Below, piece after piece: positions 9,229 through 18,846 of a stretch of 64,000 bases of DNA. The stretch's first letter is position 1, and each line of letters opens with the position of its first letter. The notes beneath the pieces are model-generated. The model searched no databases. It was not told the DNA's origin and was given only the letters and a program-made list of their open reading frames with translations. The stretch spans positions 1,417-65,416 of the forward strand of contig JAEUSY010000021.1 of assembly GCA_016788295.1 (NCBI GenBank). Direction: 5' to 3'. The stretch is from Flavobacteriales bacterium (GTDB lineage: Bacteria; Bacteroidota; Bacteroidia; Flavobacteriales_F; PHOS-HE28). The translations under genes and the position numbers were made by a program.

Positions 9229-10521
9229 ATGAAACCCCAAGTGCCCATGCGATCGACAATGACGTTCCTTTTTCTCCTTGCTGCGCTGGGTGTACGCGCC
9301 CAGACCTTCTTTTACATTGACTCCATCAGCGTGCAACCAACAGCACCCACCACTTCAGATGCGGTGGTCCTGTCCCTGTCCGGCGGTCTCGCCAGCACCG
9401 GGGCACAAGTGACCAACGTTTCCGCGACGGTGGTCGGTGACACGATAACGATAGCCATAACCGCGCAGGACAACGGTGGGCTCACCGTGATCGTGCCCCA
9501 TACGGAGGTGGTGAACATCGGTACATTGGCAACAGGCACCTACTCAATCGTTATCGCCGGACAGGCCGTTGATGACCTCGCATCCGCTCCGCAACACCAG
9601 TTCAGCGTAAGTGGTGGTGGTTCATGTGCAGGACTGGAACTCGTGTCCATCAAATGGCATGCGCTCACGGATACCGCCATCATGGTCAATGTCCAGAACA
9701 ACAATGGTACACAGTTCGACTATCCGAACTTCATCCTTTACAACGCAACTGGCGATACCATCGCCAAGGAGAGTGTGAACTTCTTCGGGATCACGGAGGA
9801 AAGCTGGCACCGATTGAACCTATTGACCGGGACAGTGGCGCCGGCGAACCTCTTCAACGGTAGACTGGAGCTATGGACCGGGTTCACTACCAGCTTGGCC
9901 TGTAGCTGGGACCTGCCCATAGATCTCTGCCCCTCCACTTCCTGCTCAACTGTTCACCCCTACATCATCAACCTTGGCGGTGCCACCGCATCTGGCACGT
10001 TCAACTGGGGCATTCTGCAAGGAGGCAATGTTGTGGAAAGCGGGACATTCACGATAAACGAGGACCAACAGATCGACCTTGCCGAACCATGCCTGCCTCC
10101 CGGTGAGTACACCATGATCTGTGGCGGTGATGGCGGCCCGACAGTTGGCACCCTATACTACGGCCTTGGGGCCGGAAACCTGCAGGAAACAGTCCTCCAA
10201 CCGACCAACACCGTAATTCCCATACCCATTCCATTCAGCCTCTATCAACCATGCGCTGCACTTGTACAGGTGCCACCTGTGCGAGCAGATGGCTCTAAGA
10301 TCAGCTTGCTGCAAGAACCCGGACTGATCACCTTATTGATCCTGAACGCTGAGAAAGGGCATATCCGGATACTGGATACACAAGGTCGTACAGTTCATAC
10401 ATCCGCGTTTTCAAGTGAGCGCCACACCATAGCTACCAGCGCTTGGTCCAAAGGGCTATATACAGCGGTGATCCAAAGTAGTCAAGGTCAACGGACAGCG
10501 CTGCGGGTGGTCGTTCAATGA
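9229..10521 (+). CDS. secreted hypothetical protein, T9SS cargo
   Basis: signal peptide 'MRSTMTFLFLLAALGVRAQ' (start 9229 or 9247); CTD-like tail 'GLYTAVIQSSQGQRTALRVVVQ'; the upstream part of the track ORF overlaps the DUF3667 gene. Confidence 0.5.
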   Translation: MKPQVPMRSTMTFLFLLAALGVRAQTFFYIDSISVQPTAPTTSDAVVLSLSGGLASTGAQVTNVSATVVGDTITIAITAQDNGGLTVIVPHTEVVNIGTLATGTYSIVIAGQAVDDLASAPQHQFSVSGGGSCAGLELVSIKWHALTDTAIMVNVQNNNGTQFDYPNFILYNATGDTIAKESVNFFGITEESWHRLNLLTGTVAPANLFNGRLELWTGFTTSLACSWDLPIDLCPSTSCSTVHPYIINLGGATASGTFNWGILQGGNVVESGTFTINEDQQIDLAEPCLPPGEYTMICGGDGGPTVGTLYYGLGAGNLQETVLQPTNTVIPIPIPFSLYQPCAALVQVPPVRADGSKISLLQEPGLITLLILNAEKGHIRILDTQGRTVHTSAFSSERHTIATSAWSKGLYTAVIQSSQGQRTALRVVVQ

Positions 10522-10524
10522 TGT

Positions 10525-12393
10525 TCATGACGACCGATAAGCTACTTCATGATAGGTCTTCACATGCGGGCCCAGGAAAACACGAGCATAGATCCTGATC
10601 AATGCAAGACCGTTAAGCACAAAGCTCATGGCCACCATGAATGCCAGCAAGAGCTGGTCCGGGTGAATGTGTGAATAGATGAGGTCTTCACCGAGAAAAG
10701 TTGGCGTGATGGGAAAGCCTGCAAGGCCCAATGCGGCAAGCAGGAACATCAAGGCAATACGCGGATGCTCGAACACATGCCCATGGAACCGGCCCATGTC
10801 CACGTTGCGCTCGGTCCTGCGTAGGCGGTTGATGGCGAACACGGCCACAACGCCTGATAATACCACGCCGGACAGGTATATCAAGTTGTGGGACTGATCG
10901 AAGTGCTCATTGAAGGAGATCGCCAGGGCCACCCAGAAATGCGCCATGACCACCATGGCCAAGGCCCGGCGGACATGCCTTCGTTCGGTGAACGCACGAA
11001 GGACCAACAAGAGCGAGATGCCTGCGGCAACAGCAGGGAGCGCATGCAAAAGCGCTGGTGAGAGGTAGTGCTTATTGAAGACCAGGAAAACGCCTGCCAC
11101 GAAGAAGGGGAACAGCACCGCGATGGAGCGGTTGATGTTGAAGACGTCCATTCTGCGGCCCAACTTCTTCAAGGGGTTCCACCACCAACGGTACATGAAG
11201 GTGTCCAGGTTCCATTCCTTCAGGCTGAGCACATACATAGTGTACTCAAGCCGCTTGGGCAACGAATCCTCGAAGGTGTGCGCACGTGGCTTGAAATTGT
11301 AGAACTGCTCCCGGATCAGGTAGGTGACCACGGAAGGCGACACAAGCAGTTGATAGGTGCGCAGGAAAGCGTTTCCAGCGAAATGGATCAAGGCCAAAAG
11401 CTCGAGGCCAAGAGCTACTTCAATGAAGATCAGCCCGATCTGAGCAATGGACGAATAGGCGATCTGCGCCTTGACGGAAGACTGTACGCGGGCGGTCGGC
11501 GATGCGAGAAGACTGGTGAGCAGGCCCACGGCACCTATAATTACCCGAACACTGGTCTGGTGCTCCCAGAACGGGAAGGTGCGCAGCAGAAGGAAAACAC
11601 CGATATGCACCGATAAGGAACCGTAGAAGATGGCGCTTGAAGGTGTAGGGCCTTCCATGGCACGGGGTAGCCAGGAGGAGAACGGTAATTGGGCCGACTT
11701 GGCCATTGCGGCCAGCAGAATACAGAGCGAAACGAAGATGCCTATGGCCGAGTGACCCGCCAGTTGATGGTGCACCAGCTCGTAGTTGTGCAGCTTGTGG
11801 AAGGTGATGTTCTCGTGCCAGAGGTGATGGCTGGCCCACATAGCGAGTATCAAACCCACATCGCCAATGCGGTAAATGGAGAACACCTTCACCGCGTTCT
11901 TCACTGGCAGGTACCGCTCGCGGTAGAAGGCGATGAGCAGGAATGAGGAGACCCCGAGCACCTCCCATCCGATGAACAGGGTCTCGAAATTACCGGCGAG
12001 TATCGTGATCGCGAAGCCCGTGAAGAAGAAGAGCACCGTATTGAAAAAGCGCTTGAAACCAGCCTCGCGATGGAGGTAGTAGCGGCTGTAGATCGTGATC
12101 ATGAACGTGAGCAACGCACCCACGAGCAGGTACACGGCCGAGACCCGATCATAGTATAGATCGACGAAGAACTCATACCCGGTACTGCGGTAGACCACCA
12201 TTTCCTTAACGTTCAGGCTCGGCCAGCCCTTGAAGGACCACCAAATGGTGAATGCGAGAATGAGGAAGAACTGAACCCCTGCGGTCAGGTATGCGGTTCG
12301 TGATAGGGCCAGCTCATGCCGCCGGGGTATCAAAAGGCTGATAAGGAACCCAATAAGCGGAAGAAGGATGAAGAGCGGGAGCAGGTATTCCAT
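10525..12393 (-). CDS. dabB: DabB: NuoL/MrpA-like proton-conducting membrane subunit of a DAB inorganic-carbon pump
   Basis: 622 aa polytopic; NuoL/ND5-like 'FIGWEVLGVSSFLLIAFY'; starts 3 nt after the DUF2309 gene. Confidence 0.7.
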   Translation of the reverse strand: MEYLLPLFILLPLIGFLISLLIPRRHELALSRTAYLTAGVQFFLILAFTIWWSFKGWPSLNVKEMVVYRSTGYEFFVDLYYDRVSAVYLLVGALLTFMITIYSRYYLHREAGFKRFFNTVLFFFTGFAITILAGNFETLFIGWEVLGVSSFLLIAFYRERYLPVKNAVKVFSIYRIGDVGLILAMWASHHLWHENITFHKLHNYELVHHQLAGHSAIGIFVSLCILLAAMAKSAQLPFSSWLPRAMEGPTPSSAIFYGSLSVHIGVFLLLRTFPFWEHQTSVRVIIGAVGLLTSLLASPTARVQSSVKAQIAYSSIAQIGLIFIEVALGLELLALIHFAGNAFLRTYQLLVSPSVVTYLIREQFYNFKPRAHTFEDSLPKRLEYTMYVLSLKEWNLDTFMYRWWWNPLKKLGRRMDVFNINRSIAVLFPFFVAGVFLVFNKHYLSPALLHALPAVAAGISLLLVLRAFTERRHVRRALAMVVMAHFWVALAISFNEHFDQSHNLIYLSGVVLSGVVAVFAINRLRRTERNVDMGRFHGHVFEHPRIALMFLLAALGLAGFPITPTFLGEDLIYSHIHPDQLLLAFMVAMSFVLNGLALIRIYARVFLGPHVKTYHEVAYRSS

Positions 12394-12396
12394 GGT

Positions 12397-14943
12397 TCAG
12401 GCGTTCTCCAGGATGGTCACAGGCATGTTATCCACTGAACCGCGCAGCACGGCGAAAAGGTCACGCGCCCGCTCCACCTGGCCGTGATGTGGCAAATAGT
12501 GCTCGAACCGGCCTTCGCGAAATCGATACATGGACCGATCGATCGGGTGAACAACAATGAGATGCACCCATTCATGAATGAACCACTCGTAGGTGGCCTT
12601 CACGCTTTGTATCACGCTCAGTACTACATCCGGCTCCTGTTCAACGATCATGAGCAACCGCACGGGATCATGTACCTCGATCATCTGGATTGGTAGTCCA
12701 GGTCGCAGGTCTCCCTCGATCCCATTGGCAACACCTATGAGGCCCATCACATTATGTGGCAGTTTCGTGCCTGCGCCAAGCTTGTGGTTGTCCATCCGGG
12801 AAAAGAAGTACTCCAGGTTGATCCCCCCACAAACCGGAGCCGCTGCACCCAGTATACCAGTGAGGAATTTTCCAGTGGGGTCCACTGTGCTATCATAGCT
12901 GTTCAGGAAAGACCTTCTGTCCAGGAAGAGCCCACGCGTTAGCTCACGTCGACCAACCACACAGAGCGCATTGGTGGCATGGTTCAACTCCGGACGAGGC
13001 TCAAAGAGCGAAACCGAACGCCGACGCACCTGTGCATGGATATCCTCCTCAGCGTCCTGCATGGCCACCGTATCGAAACGACGGGCCCGTTCATGCGCAT
13101 TGGCCTTAAGGGCAGTGCGGAACACCTCCACATGACGAACATGAAAGACCCGTTGTTCGTCGGTCAATAGGGCCTCATCGTAAAAGACGATCTCATCGCG
13201 CGTGGTATCGTGCAGAGCTGCGACAAAACGAGTGCCTGTCGGGATATCAACCCCCTTTTCACGAAGAATGGCGCGAACATCCTTGTGGTTCGCCATGGTA
13301 GAGAACACCCGCGCATTCACCGAACCGGGCCTACCGGAACACGCTCCGCAATCATAAGCCGCGTAGTGCGGGTTGTTCACACTGCTGGCCCCGTGACCTA
13401 CAACATAGACCAGAGGTTCGAAGTTGGAGACCAGGCCGATACCCTTAAGCACTGCTTCAACGCGACTGGCCATTTCGGTTGCCGTGAATCCGACCTGTAG
13501 CCCGTCCTCGCGGTGATCCGCATCCACGTTCTCCACCGTTAGCGAGGCGAGGTGGTCCATGTGCTGAAAGGCATCGGAGGTGCCCGGGATCGCTGTGGGA
13601 CGGAATATGTTTATGAACAACTTCAGCGCGGACCAGAATCCCAAGGTCTGTGAGACGATCCAACCACCCACCAGACCATGGCTGTGCTTTCCGAAGTGTG
13701 CGTCCTTCTTAACCCGTGAGCGCTTGTCCACTTCCTTCACGAGGTAACTCGGCGTTATCGGGGCGGGACAGACCTTGGTATTGAACCGACCATTTTCCGG
13801 ACGGTAGTAGAACTCAACGCCGAAATGGCCTGGAGTCCCGTAGGTGCGGAAGCCAGGGTGCGCACGCTCCAAGTGACGTCGGAAAGAACATTCGCGATCA
13901 TCAATGCAGAACAGCCCTTGGACCGATACTACACCTTCGGCTGCTCGTTCGCGGTCGTTCTGCAGGATGCCAGCAAGGACTTCATCGTAGTATGTCCACT
14001 CGAACGCCTCCTGCCAAAGGGACCTTACCTCGTCGACCTCATTGAATGGCAACGGGGCGAACAATGGGGTTGGACGATGCCGCATCCCTTCGGCTAATGG
14101 CCGCCATCCCTTGGGAAACTCACGATCAAGCGCATCGACCTCCAGGAGCAGCTCGAAAATGATCAGCTCGCGCAGGGAAATGGCCCGTTTGTCCAGTAGC
14201 GAACCGGGGTCCGATTCGATCACTGCAACGAGTCCGGACCATCCTTGGTGGGCGAACTGCTGATCGAAGAGATACTGCTCATACAGGGCCTCATCACCGA
14301 CCAGGATGCCGAGCAATTGCTGGATCGAGGTCTGTTCGTTCATCAGCAGGTCAACAGCCCGAGGTCCCTTGATGAAGCCTGTCCAAGAATGCCGTTGCAG
14401 TTCGCGGATGGAGGAAAGGAAGCCCTTGTTCCAGACGGGGAAGTTCCAGATGGAGATGCCTTGGTCCAAGTAGCTGTTCAGCACCCGGAACAAGGTGGTA
14501 TGTACCACGGCATCCATGTCGATACGCCGGTCGCGCTTCCAATGTCCGCGAAGCCTACCGATACGTGCGTCAATGGAGCTGTCGTACTTCTTGCCGAGCA
14601 TGCGTCCGAGCCACTCACTGGCCTCGGCATCACCTTTCCGATCGCGCACCACACGTTGCAGCACCTCGCTTCGGATGCGGCCTTCGATGTGGAGCTTGCG
14701 GTACTCATGCACCGTAAGGGTTGTCTTGTATCCGAACAAACGCGAGGCGCGATGCAACGCATCGGTGAACTTCTCCTGCTGAAAAGCGTGCAGGGTATTG
14801 TGGTGAATGAAGTCCTTCAGGGGTGCCTGTGCAGGCAGGTAGTGCTTCAGTTCGTGGATAACATGCTCCTCATCGAATCCCGAGCGGACCGACCCCGCAT
14901 TATCGACATTGTGGTCCATGACCGCAGTTGGGTGGGCATCCAT
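12397..14943 (-). CDS. dabA: DabA: DUF2309 carbonic-anhydrase-like subunit of a DAB inorganic-carbon pump
   Basis: 848 aa; 'LKDFIHHNTLHAF', 'FCIDDRECSFRRHLE', 'VGHGASSVNNPHYAAYDCGACSGRPG' match the conserved Cys/Asp and His/Cys zinc-ligand motifs of DabA. Confidence 0.8.
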   Translation of the reverse strand: MDAHPTAVMDHNVDNAGSVRSGFDEEHVIHELKHYLPAQAPLKDFIHHNTLHAFQQEKFTDALHRASRLFGYKTTLTVHEYRKLHIEGRIRSEVLQRVVRDRKGDAEASEWLGRMLGKKYDSSIDARIGRLRGHWKRDRRIDMDAVVHTTLFRVLNSYLDQGISIWNFPVWNKGFLSSIRELQRHSWTGFIKGPRAVDLLMNEQTSIQQLLGILVGDEALYEQYLFDQQFAHQGWSGLVAVIESDPGSLLDKRAISLRELIIFELLLEVDALDREFPKGWRPLAEGMRHRPTPLFAPLPFNEVDEVRSLWQEAFEWTYYDEVLAGILQNDRERAAEGVVSVQGLFCIDDRECSFRRHLERAHPGFRTYGTPGHFGVEFYYRPENGRFNTKVCPAPITPSYLVKEVDKRSRVKKDAHFGKHSHGLVGGWIVSQTLGFWSALKLFINIFRPTAIPGTSDAFQHMDHLASLTVENVDADHREDGLQVGFTATEMASRVEAVLKGIGLVSNFEPLVYVVGHGASSVNNPHYAAYDCGACSGRPGSVNARVFSTMANHKDVRAILREKGVDIPTGTRFVAALHDTTRDEIVFYDEALLTDEQRVFHVRHVEVFRTALKANAHERARRFDTVAMQDAEEDIHAQVRRRSVSLFEPRPELNHATNALCVVGRRELTRGLFLDRRSFLNSYDSTVDPTGKFLTGILGAAAPVCGGINLEYFFSRMDNHKLGAGTKLPHNVMGLIGVANGIEGDLRPGLPIQMIEVHDPVRLLMIVEQEPDVVLSVIQSVKATYEWFIHEWVHLIVVHPIDRSMYRFREGRFEHYLPHHGQVERARDLFAVLRGSVDNMPVTILENA

Positions 14944-15005
14944 GGCACAAAGGTGCCCAGGTCCATATGGGGAAGCATTAACACGGGATTAAACCGTGCG
15001 ACGCG

Positions 15006-16376
15006 CTATTGGGAGATCGGCAGATCCAGCACCACGGATGTGCCCATACCCGATCCGGACCTTATTGTTACCCGACCACCATGTACCCTTACGATCCGAT
15101 CGACGAGCGTTAGCCCGATCCCGTGCCCATCCATGGCCGGCGCATCCACGGCCCTGAAAAACATCTCCTTGGCCCTTTGCAAGGTCTCAGCGCTCATGCC
15201 GGGCCCATCGTCCGCAACGGTAAAGGAAGCGTTGAACGGGCTTACCACGAGACTTAGCAACACCGTCGTACCGCCCCCGTACTTGGCCGCATTCGACAAG
15301 AGATTATACACCGCAGCCGTCAGCAGCACCGAGCTTCCCATTATCACAGGCTCGTGAACCTCGTCCGCGATATCCAGCTCGAAGCGCACAGGCACATGGG
15401 GATAGCGCATCGCGCAACGTTCCATGGCCCGCTCGGCAACCTCATCCAACCTCACACGGTCCTTGAGCAAGGCCGCCGTGGCCACTTGGGTACGTGCCAA
15501 CCAGAGCAATTGGTCCAGCAGGTCCTGCATATGCACGGCTTGTGCTTCAACAGCGTGCAGATGCCTTTCGGCGGGGCCGTTCGGCTCAACCAGTCCTTTG
15601 GCAAGATGCAGTTCACCCCGCACTACAGTAAGTGGTGTGCGCAACTCATGTGAGGCTGTTGCCATGAATGAGCGCTGCACCTCGAACGCTTCATCGAGGC
15701 GGACCAACAGCCCATTGAAGGCAATGGCCACTTCATCCAGCTCGTCCGGGGTCTTGGTATCGTTCACTTGGAGGCGTTCCGAAGGGCGCTCCATGGTGCC
15801 GAGCTGATGCACCAGCTGACGCACTGGAGCAAGGGCCCATGTGGCATAAGCCCATGACAGCAGGGCCGTAAGCAGAAGTGCGACCATCCCGGAACCGATC
15901 ACCCAACGACGCAACAAGGCCATGGACGCCAGCCCGCTCCTATCTATTGCCGAGGTCATGGTGTACCGGATCCCCGCCTGCAAGGTCTCCGGCCTGTCCA
16001 CAACAACGAACTGTCGATCATCCCGAGCAATACGCACAATGCCACGCTGACTTGCAACTTCACGCCAGCTCTTGGGAAGATCGATCGGGCTGGTGGAACG
16101 TTGGAACAGCACGGACCCGTTGGTCCCCAGCACCACCAGCTCCTCATTCGGAAGGGCCTCTTGAAGCAGTTGGGCAAGATGCTCGGCCTCATCAACAGGC
16201 AACGACCGCGCCTGCACCAACAAATGCTCAACAAGCACCGCCCTGTCCTCCAACCGTTGATAGAACTCGGCCTCACGAAGTGCCTCGCTACGCTGAAGAA
16301 TGAGATAGCTGAACGCCAGGATGAGCACCGCCACGAGGACAGTAAACGCCACGGCCATGCGCAAGCGGAAACTCAT
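15006..16376 (-). CDS. sensor histidine kinase (two TM helices, periplasmic domain, HAMP, HisKA, HATPase)
   Basis: 456 aa; H-box 'ATASHELRTPLTVV'; G-boxes 'LLSNAAKYG', 'DDGPGM', 'GHGIGL'. Confidence 0.9.
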   Translation of the reverse strand: MSFRLRMAVAFTVLVAVLILAFSYLILQRSEALREAEFYQRLEDRAVLVEHLLVQARSLPVDEAEHLAQLLQEALPNEELVVLGTNGSVLFQRSTSPIDLPKSWREVASQRGIVRIARDDRQFVVVDRPETLQAGIRYTMTSAIDRSGLASMALLRRWVIGSGMVALLLTALLSWAYATWALAPVRQLVHQLGTMERPSERLQVNDTKTPDELDEVAIAFNGLLVRLDEAFEVQRSFMATASHELRTPLTVVRGELHLAKGLVEPNGPAERHLHAVEAQAVHMQDLLDQLLWLARTQVATAALLKDRVRLDEVAERAMERCAMRYPHVPVRFELDIADEVHEPVIMGSSVLLTAAVYNLLSNAAKYGGGTTVLLSLVVSPFNASFTVADDGPGMSAETLQRAKEMFFRAVDAPAMDGHGIGLTLVDRIVRVHGGRVTIRSGSGMGTSVVLDLPISQ

Positions 16377-17053
16377 GGTGCTTCCTCTCGAATGACATAC
16401 CCCATGCCCGTGACCGTATGAATGAGCCGCTTCACGAAGGGCTTATCCACTTTCTTCCGAAGCATGTTGATGTACACGTCAACGAGGTTCGTTTCCGTGT
16501 CGAAGGAAACATCCCAAACATGGTCCAAGATCTCACCTCGGCTTGTAACCCGTCCCTTTCGTTGGAGAAGGAAACGCAGCAGTGCGAACTCACGCGCCGT
16601 AAGCCTTACTTCCTGCCCTGCGCGCGTGACCGTCCGCGCATCATCATCAAGTTGCAGGTCCCCACAGGTAAGTATGCGCTCTGTGCCCCTACCCTGCGAG
16701 CGCCGCACCAAGGCTTGCACGCGGGCCATGAGCAGTTTGGGGTCGAAGGGCTTGGGGAGATAATCATCGGCCCCGGCCCCGAATCCTTTCACTTGTTCCT
16801 CCACACCATCAAGCGCGGTGAGCATGAGAATGGGAACACGTGGACGCTGTTCGCGCACATGGCGGCACACATCGAGGCCACTTCGTTTGGGCAACATCCA
16901 GTCCAACAAGAGAATGTCGGGCTCCTGTTCTATGGCCATTCGTTCACCCTCCAAGCCGTCCACAGCGATCTCCACTGAGAAACCTGCCGACCTCAACTCC
17001 TGTGCAATGAAGGCCGCGACCTGTGGTTCGTCCTCTACGATCAACGCTCGCAT
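16373..17053 (-). CDS. OmpR-family response regulator
   Basis: 226 aa; 'MRALIVEDE', 'LLLDWMLP', 'PILMLTA', wHTH C-terminus 'GMGYVIRE'; ATGA overlap with the HK. Confidence 0.92.
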   Translation of the reverse strand: MRALIVEDEPQVAAFIAQELRSAGFSVEIAVDGLEGERMAIEQEPDILLLDWMLPKRSGLDVCRHVREQRPRVPILMLTALDGVEEQVKGFGAGADDYLPKPFDPKLLMARVQALVRRSQGRGTERILTCGDLQLDDDARTVTRAGQEVRLTAREFALLRFLLQRKGRVTSRGEILDHVWDVSFDTETNLVDVYINMLRKKVDKPFVKRLIHTVTGMGYVIREEAP

Positions 17054-17196
17054 GTCCCAAAAGTAGCAGTGCGAATTGCGCTTTACCAGTTCCTAGCGGA
17101 TCTAATCCGGATCTCATAACACGCCCTCTCCACGGGAGGAATTTTGTGGCCTCGAAGATCCAAGGAGAGCGAGAACGGAACGACATACAGACGAAC

Positions 17197-18846
17197 ATGG
17201 CACATCATAAGGACCATCAGGAGCCCTTACCATTGAACGGTCTGGCCGGCCTTAAGCAAAACTGGCGGAAGGATGCCCTATCCGGGTTCATCGTATTCCT
17301 CATTGCCCTGCCCCTTTCCTTGGGCATTGCCATGGCATCGGGTGTACCGCCCATGTCCGGCATCATCGCAGCAGTGATCGGCGGCATACTTGTCTCCCGC
17401 ATCAACGGAAGCAATGTCACCATCAATGGCCCTGCCGCAGGATTGATCGTGGTGATCGTGGGCGCCGTGGAAAGCCTTGGCAATGGCGACCCCATGGCTG
17501 GATATCGCAGCATGCTGGCCGCTGTGGTGATATCGGGTGGACTGCTCTTTCTCCTTGGCAGGTTGAAGGCTGGCAAATTGGGTGATTTCTTCCCGGCATC
17601 AGCCGTGCATGGCATGCTCGCGGCCATTGGCATCATCATTCTTGCCAAGCAGGTCCATGTTGCCCTTGGTGTCAAGCCTGAAGGCAAGGAGCCGCTGGAG
17701 CTATTGGCGGAGATCCCGCACAGCCTGATGAACTGGAACCCTGAGGTGGCCATTATCGGTGCGGCCAGTCTGCTCATCATGATCATTCTACCGCTGATCA
17801 AGAACAAGTATGTGAAGATGATACCCGCGCCCATGGTAGTGGTCCTGTTAGGTATGGGGCTGGCGCACTATTTCGACCTTGAGCACGAGCATAAATACCT
17901 GTTCCTCGATGGACATGAATACGTACTTGGTCCAAAATTCCTCGTGACGCTACCCGAACGCGTGATGGATGGCATTGTCTTTCCCGACTTCTCCAAGACG
18001 CTGAGCTATCCGTTCCTGATGGCTGTGATCAGCATAACGCTGGTACAGGGGATCGAATCACTGTTGAGCGCCAAAGCCGTGGACAAGCTGGACCCTTGGA
18101 AGCGCCAAAGCGACCTGAACAAGGACCTGAGCGCTGTTGGTGCCGGGAGCGCGATATCAGGCATGATCGGTGGTCTTCCGATGATCGCGGAGATCGTGCG
18201 CAGCAGTGCGAACATCAACAACGGTGGCAGAACGGGATGGGCGAACTTCTTCCATGGCTTGTTCCTGCTGGTCTTCGTGGTCGCCTTCCCCACGCTGATC
18301 CACAGCATTCCGCTGGCAGCGCTCGCCGCCATCCTCATGTATACCGGGTACAAGTTGGCCGCGCCTCAACATTTCAAACACACCCTGCAGATCGGCAGTG
18401 AGCAATTGGCCATCTTCACCACCACGCTGATCATTACGCTTGCAACGGACCTTATCATTGGCGTGTTCAGCGGCATCCTGCTTAAAATGATCCTCCACCT
18501 CTTCCGTGGGGCTTCGCTGCGCACGCTCTTCAAACCCACGGTAGCCGTGCACTATGAATCCCTCGCCGATCGCTTCCTCGTGTCTGTTCACAACGTGGCG
18601 ATCTTCTCCAACTACCTCTCCCTGAAAAAGCAACTGGACACAATACCTGCGGGAAAGGACGTGGTGGTGGATTTCGACAATGCCACATTGGTGGACCATA
18701 CCGTGATGGAGCATCTCCATTCCTACAAGAGCCTGTACGAACGCAATGGCGGCAGCTTTGAACTCAAGGAAATGGGGCATTTGATCCCGCGCTCGCAACA
18801 TCCGCTCTCTGCTCGCCGCACATCACGCAAGCAGGTACCAGCATGA
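17197..18846 (+). CDS. SulP-family anion transporter with C-terminal STAS domain (candidate bicarbonate/sulfate permease)
   Basis: ~549 aa; 'GFIVFLIALPLSLGIAMASGVPPMSGIIAAVIGG' is the SulP signature region; STAS-like C-terminus; start taken at MAHHKDHQEPL (the track ORF extends further 5'). Confidence 0.85.
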   Translation: MAHHKDHQEPLPLNGLAGLKQNWRKDALSGFIVFLIALPLSLGIAMASGVPPMSGIIAAVIGGILVSRINGSNVTINGPAAGLIVVIVGAVESLGNGDPMAGYRSMLAAVVISGGLLFLLGRLKAGKLGDFFPASAVHGMLAAIGIIILAKQVHVALGVKPEGKEPLELLAEIPHSLMNWNPEVAIIGAASLLIMIILPLIKNKYVKMIPAPMVVVLLGMGLAHYFDLEHEHKYLFLDGHEYVLGPKFLVTLPERVMDGIVFPDFSKTLSYPFLMAVISITLVQGIESLLSAKAVDKLDPWKRQSDLNKDLSAVGAGSAISGMIGGLPMIAEIVRSSANINNGGRTGWANFFHGLFLLVFVVAFPTLIHSIPLAALAAILMYTGYKLAAPQHFKHTLQIGSEQLAIFTTTLIITLATDLIIGVFSGILLKMILHLFRGASLRTLFKPTVAVHYESLADRFLVSVHNVAIFSNYLSLKKQLDTIPAGKDVVVDFDNATLVDHTVMEHLHSYKSLYERNGGSFELKEMGHLIPRSQHPLSARRTSRKQVPA